Assembly (NCBI RefSeq): GCF_000759025.1
Contig: NZ_JPOS01000020.1
Coordinates: forward strand, 218,883 to 250,882
Direction: 5' to 3'
Length of the DNA: 32,000 nucleotides
Source of the DNA: Phaeodactylibacter xiamenensis
GTDB lineage: Bacteria > Bacteroidota > Bacteroidia > Chitinophagales > Saprospiraceae
The position numbers and the translations under genes are program-made. Below are positions 24,589-32,000 of the stretch, in pieces (within the stretch, counting starts at the first letter, position 1; every line of letters begins with the position of its first letter). The notes beneath the pieces are model-generated. The model saw nothing but the letters and a program-made list of their open reading frames with translations. It was not told where the DNA came from and ran no database searches.

Positions 24589-27500
24589 ATGACGAGACGA
24601 CTACACGCTTTACTGGTCTGGGGAGTGCTGCTAATCAGCTTTTCAGCCCCGCTTCAGTCTAAAGCCGCGGATGGTCCTAACCCCCCTGAAAAACCGTCAT
24701 CAACTTTTCGGGGAACAGAAGAACTGCCGCCGATACTGATCCCGCCCAACGATACTATAGTGGATGGTATTTGCAACATCCCTGTGGCGGACACCCTCTT
24801 GCTGTTCAATCCAATGGATCTGAATGACTCTATCTTCATTCTTCCGGTAGACAGTACGGCAAGCAACGGTACCATTCTGCCGGGCACTCCTCTTTTGAAT
24901 GCCATTTCGGTGTGTGGTGGCCCGGATACCCTTTACCGCATTTGGCGGGGTACGTTCGCCGATATGACAGAGGCAGAGGCGGTCCAACGGATCATTATCA
25001 CAGAGGATACAGAACCTCCGATTTCCAACTTCACCATCAATCTGGACACCGTTATTACCTGCGAATTGGGCGAGCCGACCTTTGACTCCTGGAGGCAAAG
25101 CCGGTTGTTTGCCGTTAACAGTAACCTGGAAGATTGTACCGGGATTCTTTCTGTGAATACCAATATGCCACCATCTTCTTATGTGCCAGGCCCCTGTGAT
25201 ACACTTGAAGTGACTTTTACGATTGAAGACTTTTGTGGGAATATTCGCAACTACGAAGCGTCCTTCATCACTATAGACACCATAGCCCCCGTACTGCAAA
25301 ATGTACCAGACACTATACAAGTGAGCTGCGACACCATACAGCAGTACCTGATGAACAATCCGCCTTCCATGGTCACCGCTATGGACAATTGCCGGGACAA
25401 TCTCACCGTAGGTTTCCAGCAGGATACCATCCCCGGGCCACAGGCCTGCCCGGAGCATGATTTGGATATCCGCCGTAGCTGGTTTGTTACGGATTCTTGT
25501 GGCAACTTCACTTCCGCTGTTCAGGTCATCCGGGTACGTGATTTCTCAGCCCCTGATTTCACCCGTCCGCCAGACATCACCATTTCCTGCGATGCAGACC
25601 CTCTTGACCTTAGTATTACAGGTACTGTAACAGATACGGTGGATGCCTGCGGAGGGCCGATTACCGTTACTTTCTCTGACGAAACAGCACCTGGAAATTG
25701 CGACAATAGCTACTTTATCGAGAGGCAATGGGTGGTGGAAGATGTGTGTGGCATTTCTACTTCTGTTAATCAGCTGATTACTGTCAGAGATACTATCGCG
25801 CCATCCTTTCTTGTGCCGGCAGATACGACTGTGAACTGCGGGGACGAAGATGATTTTTCCATTACCGGGGAGCCCACAATGCAAGCGGACAATTGCTCAG
25901 GGTTCAACGAACTGACGACTGAACTCCTCTCCGAAACGATCATTGCGGGCAGTTGCGAAAACGACTATATCCTTGAGCGCGCATGGCGTGTAACCGATGA
26001 GTGCGGGAATGACAGCATTCAGATTCAGCAGGTAACAGTAATCGATACCATTGCGCCGGTCTTTTTGTCGGCGCCCTCAGACCTGACGGTCACCTGTATG
26101 GCGGGTACGGATATTGAAACCCTCTACAGCAACTGGCTGGAAAGCTACGGTGGCGCTCAGGCAGGCGATGCCTGTACACCGGTGGATAGCCTGAACTGGA
26201 ATACTTTTGAAGCCGGAACGAATCAAACGGTTAGCAGCACGCCTAATATTATTTGCCCTTCCGGCAGCGACACCCTGCTGATGCAGGTCGTGGATTTTGT
26301 TGTTGATGATGGGTGCGGAAACTCCACCCTGGAGCAGGCAACATTTATCGTGATTGATAATACGGCGCCTACATTTGTGGAGTGTCCGGAAGATGAAGTG
26401 ATTGGGACCAATTTTGGGCAGTGCTCTGCCAATTATACTTTAGAAGTACCCTTTATTCAGGAGGAGTGTGCCAGCTCATCCTCTGTGGTAAATCTATTTG
26501 ATAATGCAACGATCACTTCCAATGCTTCCCCGGGACAGGAGGCGAGCGTGCCCGTCAACCCTATTGTCTTATCGTTCCCAGTAAGCCAGCCACTGCCCAT
26601 CAATGCACAAGCCGGGGGGCAGCTCAGCTTGCAGCTCCAGAATGTGGATGCAGAAGGTACCACAGAGTACTTTAACGTTATCGGTGAAGATGGTACGCCC
26701 ATTGGCCGTACCGGAAGGGCGATGGTACAATGTGGAAATGCGGACACGCTGCTCAGTGTGCCTAAACCGCTATTGGACCTTTGGGCAGTGGATGGCGTGA
26801 TCGAAATTCGCCTGGAGCCTAATATTCCAACCACACAGCCCGGTAGCTTTGCGATTAATGCGCTTTGCAACCCCGCCGGTACTGTACAGGCTAACCTTAT
26901 CTTCCCGATAGCTGAACTCAACGATCTGCGCTACGAATACCGGACGAATAACAACCCTCGTGTACTGGTTGACCCTATTGCTCCGGCTATGGTGACGTTG
27001 CCTATTGGCGAAAACACCATCACCTACTACATTTCAGACTGTGCGGGCAATATAGACAGTTGTGTACAGCAAGTGGTGGTGGAAGATCAGGAGCCTCCAC
27101 AACTGACCTGTCCTTCTGATATCGCTCAGCCACTGGAACCAGGCACCTGCTCCGCTGAAGTGACCCTGCCACTCCCGGACAACATCACGGACAACTGTGG
27201 CCTGGAGTCCCCCTACAGCCAAACTATGCCCGGCGATACCGCAAGTGCCTGGCTGACTTACACCTTTGACCCCAACCTCAACGATTATATCGCCAACCCG
27301 AAGACCTATACCTTTAACGGAGTGGCCGCCAATGCTTTTAATAATGTCAATTTGCTGATTGATTTACAGGGGGATTTTAGCTCTTCCGGGGCATTCTTCC
27401 ACATCATTGGCGATAATGGAGACACCATAGATGTTACTCCGCAGGGCATTGCCAGTTGTGCCAATCCGGGGCAATACGCCGTGAGTATTCCTGCTGCGGA

Positions 27501-30500
27501 TTTCAACGCCTGGGCAAGTGATGGCAGTGTAACCTTTACGCTTCAGCCCAGCTTTATTCCGGTACCTCCGGGCGGGCCCGGCGATGGGATCAACCCCTGT
27601 GATGCCATGGCGGTGGACGGAGACGGTGAAACTGACAGCCTCAGCTATGCTTTCGTAAGCCTGGTTTACCAAACGGTGACGCCTTTTTATTATGCAGAGG
27701 GGGCTACCGAAATTCCCTACACACAGATGACTGCACCAGCCTTGTCGCCAACCCACGAGTTCAATGTGGGCGAAACAACGGTGTATTACATCGTGCAGGA
27801 CGAGGTCGGTAATCCGGATACCTGCAGCTTCATTGTCGATGTCCTTGACAATGAAGCTCCTGTGGCGCTTTGCAACCCTACCGTCGTGGAAATCAATCCA
27901 TCCGGTATTGAACCCGATACCGTGAGTGTGGATGAGTTTGATGCCGGTAGTTTCGACAACTGTTCGATTGATACGATGTACCTCTCACCTAATACGTTTA
28001 CTTGTGATGAGGCTGGCACTACGGTGATGGCTACGCTTACGGTTGTGGATGTCGTAGGTAATGTTTCTACCTGTACCCGTCCAATCCGTATTGAGGCAGA
28101 GGCGCCCATACCCACCTATAGTTCTGGTATTTGTGGTGGAGATACGCTGAACCTCTTTGCAAATCCGCCTGCAGCAGAGGGGGGTATAGTGTATACTTAT
28201 GAATGGCGTGGGCCGGATGGGAATATCATTTCCACCCAGCAGAACCCGGTTATCCCCAACGTGGACGAAGATGATTCAGGAGCCTATGTGGTAACTATTG
28301 AAGGATTATCGGGCTGCACAGCGGAAGGTGTGGTTAATGTGGCCGTCAGTGGGTTGCCTCTTACCCCGGTATTGCAGGCAAACGCCCAGCAGTGTGGCGA
28401 TGAACCGGTGGAATTGAGCTCCTCCGTTGTGCTGAGCAATGCAACCTATTATTGGTACGAAGGGCCGTTCCCCAATGGCACGTTGATAACCACCACGAAT
28501 CAAGGTAGCCTAACCTTGCCCGCCTACAATCCCCAGCAGCCTGAGACCCGGTTCTACTACCTTATCATTGAAGCCAATGGTTGCCAGTCAGAGCCCTCCG
28601 GATCGGCACATGTTACGTTGACACCAAGGCCTACTGCATCGGTCAACGCAGCTGTTATTACCGAGTGTGAGGGAGGCTCGGCTTCATTGGGCACCTCTGT
28701 TGCAGGGGCGAGTATTACCTATCAATGGACCGGTCCGAATGGCTTTTTCTCTATGGCGCAGATTCCTCCGGTGATCAATCCACTGGAAGAAGAAAATGCC
28801 GGGGTTTACAGCCTGACGGTTTTCCGAAATGGCTGCCCTTCTGAACCGGCGCTTTCCATCATTAATGTGATTCCAAAGCCAGGGCCCTACCAAATTGCGG
28901 TGCAGACTAACCCTTTCTGCGAAGGGGACAAAATAACCCTTCAGGCACAGCCAGCCGGTGCAGCTTCCTACATCTGGACCGGGCCAGACCTGAACGAGAT
29001 TACCACGACTACGAATACACTCATTCTCGATAATGCAAATGAGACGCATAATGGAGCCTGGACTGTACGCGGGGTTCAGTTTTCCTGTGTCTCTGATGTT
29101 TCTCCGCCCGCGAATGTGGTAGTGAACGAACGGCCCAATGCTATGGCAGCCACGAGTATTTCTCCTGAAGATCCACTTTGTGAAAGAAGTGTTCTGCAAC
29201 TCTTTGGTACCCCAAACTTATCCGCAGCGAGCTACACCTGGAATGGGCCTAACGGCTATTTTTCAGTGGTGCAAAATCCGACAATCAATCAAGTTGGGCC
29301 TTTACGCTCCGGCACCTATACCCTCACGGTCACTACCGAACAGGGATGTAGCGATACGGCTTCTGTCAGTGTTGAGGTCATCGAAGCTATTGATATCATC
29401 GGTGTTAGTAACAGCGCTCCTGAATGTTTGTATGGGGCAACGGATGTAACGCTTCAGGCTACCGTTTTTCCTGTCAATGATGGAACCTATGATTTTCTCT
29501 GGACAGGTCCGGGCTATAACTCTTCTGACGAGGTCGCTGTTATCGAGAATGTAACGGAGGCTTTAAATGGAGGCAGCTATTCTCTTGTCGTGTTTACAGA
29601 GGAAGGCTGCCCTTCACTGCCGGTAAGTACGACGCTGCAGGTGAAGGATGCCCCCCCGCGAGCCCCGACCCCTACTAACCCTTCCGCTACGTATTCCTTT
29701 TGTGAAGGCGAGGAACTGACCCTCACCACGCCAATGGTGACCAATGCAACCTATATCTGGAATACCCCGTCCGGGCCAGTAAACACAGGGCCGGATAACA
29801 GTATAACGATATCTAATCTCACTACGAATGATGCGGGAAGCTATCAGGTGTCCCTCATTGAAGATGGCTGTCCCTCTGTTCCTTCTCCCGTTCGTACCAT
29901 TCAGGTGAATGCCAATCCAACGGTGGAGGCTTCCAGTAACAGCCCTGTTTGCGGCGGTGCGCAGTTGCAGCTTTTTGCAAATGGGCCGGCTGGGGCTACC
30001 TATACCTGGCAGACTCCGATGGGCACTACGCCAAGTGGACCGAATATTATTATTCCTTCTGCCAATCCGGACCTTCATACCGGAGCCTTTGTGGTAACCG
30101 CTCAGCGTGACGGTTGCCAGTCTGAACCAGATACGGTTACGGTGGTCATCAACGAAACGCTACCAGCTCCTGCCAATCTCATTAGCAATGGGCCTATATG
30201 CGTGGATGAACCGGGCGCCACTCTAACTGTCTCCATTCCCAATGGACAATCGGGTGGAGGCATTCAGTACCTGTGGTATAATGCCGGGGTGCCATTAGAT
30301 ACTACGGTCACGCCCAATTTGCTGATAACTGATTTCTCAGGTTTCGAAGGTTCGCTTACGCTGGAGGCAGAAGTGCAAACCGGCGATTGTATCTCTGACC
30401 CGTCGCCTTCTCTATTGGTTGCATTGGATACCATACCGGATGAGATGGCCATGGTTGGGCAGGACACTTTCACCTGCGCGGGAGCAGATCTGCTTGTTTC

Positions 30501-31770
30501 CGCTACGCCGGTATCGCAAAGCATAGGCACCTGGCTGGAGCTCAATGCTAATGGAGGGGCACTTGTCATTGAAAGCCCCGGGAGTGCTACCACAAATGTT
30601 TCGGGCTTTGAAGAGGAAGGTATCCGGCAACTGGTCTGGGTATTGTCCAACGGAGGCTGTAAAAGCTTTAGCTCGGACACGCTGCAAATCCAGGTAAACG
30701 TTCCTGAGCCGGCCGAGGCAGGTATGGATACTTTGCTTTGTCCTGGTGATCCAATCTTCCTAAATGCTGCCAACCCACAGGCAGGAGAAGGCAACTGGTC
30801 ACAGTCTGCCGTACAGGCCGACTTCAATGTGGAAATTGATAACCCGGAAGATCCAGGTACCGGAATTTCCGGGCCAGGATTACTGCCCGGCAATACTTAT
30901 GCCTTTACCTGGACGGTGGTCAGCGAATGCGGAATGGACAGCACTGGAGTCCTCATTACCCTGGCTGATAATAACCCGTTTGCCGGATTTGATGTGATTG
31001 TCTGCGAGGAAAACGGCGTGGCGATGCTGGCGGCGGGAGAGTCGGCGGATGGCAGCTCCGGAAGGTGGAGCTCACCGGATGAGCAGCTGGTGTTTTCCAA
31101 CCGGAACAATACTGACACAGAGGTGGCCAACCTCACAGTGGGCGATAACCTGGCCATCTGGACGCTGGACGGAGGATTGTGCGGCGATAGCTCCAGGGAT
31201 ACCCTGATTATTGATTACCAGCTACCGCCAGTAGTGCAAAATGACGATCGGACCATTGAATTTGCTGTGGAAACGATTGTAGATGTGCTGGCTAATGACG
31301 CTGTGCCGGAAGGGAGCACCCTGGAAGTGATTATGGAGCCGTTCAACGGGCGTGCGAGGGTAACGGCAGATAACCGGATTGCCTATACGCCCGACCCCGA
31401 TTTTGCCGGAACGGACGAGTTGGTTTATCAGGTTTGCCGCGAAGGATGTGCCTGTGCTGATGCCGTCTTACGGCTCACCGTTGGCGAAGGGGTAGACTGC
31501 GAGCCCCCGAATATTTTTACGCCAAACGGTGACGGGGTAAATGAAGCCTTCATTATTCCGTGTTTACTGGACACAGGCGCCTACCCAAATAGTCAGCTTT
31601 CTGTCTTCAACCGTTGGGGAGACGAGGTATACAATTCGCCCCGCCCTTATCTAAACAACTGGCGCGGCACCTTTAATGGAGAAGATCTGCCAGTGGACAC
31701 CTACTTCTATATTCTGGACCTTGGAGATGGGAGCCGGCCGATTACCGGATATCTTCTGCTTCAGAAATAA
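24589..31770 (+). CDS. Giant (2393 aa) secreted cell-surface adhesin-like protein with a T9SS type-B (gliding-motility-associated) C-terminal domain
   Basis: Signal peptide MTRRLHALLVWGVLLISFSAPLQSKA. The N-terminal half has repeated HYR-like modules (..D.IAP.F..P.D..V.C.., e.g. VVEDQEPPQLTCPSDIAQPLEPGTCSAEVTLPLPDNITDNCG). Nine ~85-aa Ig-like repeats follow (..Y.W.GPNG..S....P.I......G.Y.L.V....GC.S....V.V). Next is a cadherin-like segment (VLANDAVPEGSTLEV..NGRARV..IAYTPDPDFAGTDELVYQV). The CTD at 31498-31767 reads CEPPNIFTPNGDGVNEAFII..FNRWGDEVY..W.G......LPVDTYFYIL. Confidence 0.85.
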   Translation: MTRRLHALLVWGVLLISFSAPLQSKAADGPNPPEKPSSTFRGTEELPPILIPPNDTIVDGICNIPVADTLLLFNPMDLNDSIFILPVDSTASNGTILPGTPLLNAISVCGGPDTLYRIWRGTFADMTEAEAVQRIIITEDTEPPISNFTINLDTVITCELGEPTFDSWRQSRLFAVNSNLEDCTGILSVNTNMPPSSYVPGPCDTLEVTFTIEDFCGNIRNYEASFITIDTIAPVLQNVPDTIQVSCDTIQQYLMNNPPSMVTAMDNCRDNLTVGFQQDTIPGPQACPEHDLDIRRSWFVTDSCGNFTSAVQVIRVRDFSAPDFTRPPDITISCDADPLDLSITGTVTDTVDACGGPITVTFSDETAPGNCDNSYFIERQWVVEDVCGISTSVNQLITVRDTIAPSFLVPADTTVNCGDEDDFSITGEPTMQADNCSGFNELTTELLSETIIAGSCENDYILERAWRVTDECGNDSIQIQQVTVIDTIAPVFLSAPSDLTVTCMAGTDIETLYSNWLESYGGAQAGDACTPVDSLNWNTFEAGTNQTVSSTPNIICPSGSDTLLMQVVDFVVDDGCGNSTLEQATFIVIDNTAPTFVECPEDEVIGTNFGQCSANYTLEVPFIQEECASSSSVVNLFDNATITSNASPGQEASVPVNPIVLSFPVSQPLPINAQAGGQLSLQLQNVDAEGTTEYFNVIGEDGTPIGRTGRAMVQCGNADTLLSVPKPLLDLWAVDGVIEIRLEPNIPTTQPGSFAINALCNPAGTVQANLIFPIAELNDLRYEYRTNNNPRVLVDPIAPAMVTLPIGENTITYYISDCAGNIDSCVQQVVVEDQEPPQLTCPSDIAQPLEPGTCSAEVTLPLPDNITDNCGLESPYSQTMPGDTASAWLTYTFDPNLNDYIANPKTYTFNGVAANAFNNVNLLIDLQGDFSSSGAFFHIIGDNGDTIDVTPQGIASCANPGQYAVSIPAADFNAWASDGSVTFTLQPSFIPVPPGGPGDGINPCDAMAVDGDGETDSLSYAFVSLVYQTVTPFYYAEGATEIPYTQMTAPALSPTHEFNVGETTVYYIVQDEVGNPDTCSFIVDVLDNEAPVALCNPTVVEINPSGIEPDTVSVDEFDAGSFDNCSIDTMYLSPNTFTCDEAGTTVMATLTVVDVVGNVSTCTRPIRIEAEAPIPTYSSGICGGDTLNLFANPPAAEGGIVYTYEWRGPDGNIISTQQNPVIPNVDEDDSGAYVVTIEGLSGCTAEGVVNVAVSGLPLTPVLQANAQQCGDEPVELSSSVVLSNATYYWYEGPFPNGTLITTTNQGSLTLPAYNPQQPETRFYYLIIEANGCQSEPSGSAHVTLTPRPTASVNAAVITECEGGSASLGTSVAGASITYQWTGPNGFFSMAQIPPVINPLEEENAGVYSLTVFRNGCPSEPALSIINVIPKPGPYQIAVQTNPFCEGDKITLQAQPAGAASYIWTGPDLNEITTTTNTLILDNANETHNGAWTVRGVQFSCVSDVSPPANVVVNERPNAMAATSISPEDPLCERSVLQLFGTPNLSAASYTWNGPNGYFSVVQNPTINQVGPLRSGTYTLTVTTEQGCSDTASVSVEVIEAIDIIGVSNSAPECLYGATDVTLQATVFPVNDGTYDFLWTGPGYNSSDEVAVIENVTEALNGGSYSLVVFTEEGCPSLPVSTTLQVKDAPPRAPTPTNPSATYSFCEGEELTLTTPMVTNATYIWNTPSGPVNTGPDNSITISNLTTNDAGSYQVSLIEDGCPSVPSPVRTIQVNANPTVEASSNSPVCGGAQLQLFANGPAGATYTWQTPMGTTPSGPNIIIPSANPDLHTGAFVVTAQRDGCQSEPDTVTVVINETLPAPANLISNGPICVDEPGATLTVSIPNGQSGGGIQYLWYNAGVPLDTTVTPNLLITDFSGFEGSLTLEAEVQTGDCISDPSPSLLVALDTIPDEMAMVGQDTFTCAGADLLVSATPVSQSIGTWLELNANGGALVIESPGSATTNVSGFEEEGIRQLVWVLSNGGCKSFSSDTLQIQVNVPEPAEAGMDTLLCPGDPIFLNAANPQAGEGNWSQSAVQADFNVEIDNPEDPGTGISGPGLLPGNTYAFTWTVVSECGMDSTGVLITLADNNPFAGFDVIVCEENGVAMLAAGESADGSSGRWSSPDEQLVFSNRNNTDTEVANLTVGDNLAIWTLDGGLCGDSSRDTLIIDYQLPPVVQNDDRTIEFAVETIVDVLANDAVPEGSTLEVIMEPFNGRARVTADNRIAYTPDPDFAGTDELVYQVCREGCACADAVLRLTVGEGVDCEPPNIFTPNGDGVNEAFIIPCLLDTGAYPNSQLSVFNRWGDEVYNSPRPYLNNWRGTFNGEDLPVDTYFYILDLGDGSRPITGYLLLQK

Positions 31771-31787
31771 TTTAAATAAGGAATCTT

Positions 31788-31812
31788 TTTGCCCCGGCTC
31801 TGCCGGGGCAAA
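31788..31812. terminator. GC hairpin between the adhesin and porP/sprF genes
   Basis: TTTGCCCCGGC-TCT-GCCGGGGCAAA, an 11-bp stem. There is no clear T-run on the + strand, so its termination function is uncertain. Confidence 0.4.
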
Positions 31813-31829
31813 ATCCCAAATAAGTATTT

Positions 31830-32000
31830 ATGAAAAACTACTACCTGACCACTATACTTTTCCTGCTGCTGGCCGTTTTGGCGGAGGCGCAGCAAGAAGA
31901 CCATTTCACCCAGTTTATGCACAATAAGCTGGCATTCAATCCAGCTTATGCGGGATCGACTGGCAGCTCCCGCCTCACTGCAATGGCCCGGCAGCAGTGG
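31830..32000 (+). CDS. PorP/SprF-family type IX secretion system membrane protein (first 57 codons; continues beyond the window)
   Basis: This edge ORF is absent from the track. ATG 31830 gives MKNYYLTTILFLLLAVLAEAQQEDHFTQFMHNKLAFNPAYAGSTGSSRLTAMARQQW. The signal peptide followed by Q.D..F(S/T)Q(F/Y)....NPAYAG......R.QW is the PorP/SprF N-terminal signature. Confidence 0.8.
   Translation, partial: MKNYYLTTILFLLLAVLAEAQQEDHFTQFMHNKLAFNPAYAGSTGSSRLTAMARQQW

Overview
This looks like a Bacteroidota chromosomal window. The markers are a giant adhesin with a T9SS type-B C-terminal domain followed by a PorP/SprF gene, and a CarboxypepD_reg/DUF5686 protein. Ordinary housekeeping genes are present: rnhB, mnmG, gltX, exbD, an M15 peptidase, a CE4 deacetylase, DUF2237 and a tocopherol-cyclase-like gene. 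They flank an accessory island of about 8.6 kb (~4830-13430) between rnhB and mnmG.

The island carries a complete diversity-generating retroelement (DGR). Its cassette reads HRDC-domain gene, avd-like four-helix-bundle gene, DGR-type reverse transcriptase, then a 124-nt template repeat (TR, 9051-9174) directly after the RT stop codon. The TR matches two variable repeats (VR1 6902-7025, VR2 12755-12878). In my hand alignment the mismatches are essentially adenine-only.

Both VRs form the C-terminus of paralogous secreted proteins that fuse a caspase-like (peptidase C14) domain to an FGE-sulfatase/C-type-lectin-fold variable domain. The second target carries a 1-nt frameshift. It is followed by a duplicated ~245-bp segment containing a GC hairpin and the decayed first ~75 nt of the HRDC gene. 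A two-gene module of unknown function (a secreted protein, plus a protein with a helical N-domain and 4 TM segments) sits on the opposite strand between the two targets.

Two edge ORFs missing from the supplied track were recovered by hand: 2-958 on the minus strand and 31830-32000 on the plus strand. I found no rRNA, tRNA or CRISPR array. All coordinates, alignments and counts are manual and should be re-run with software.
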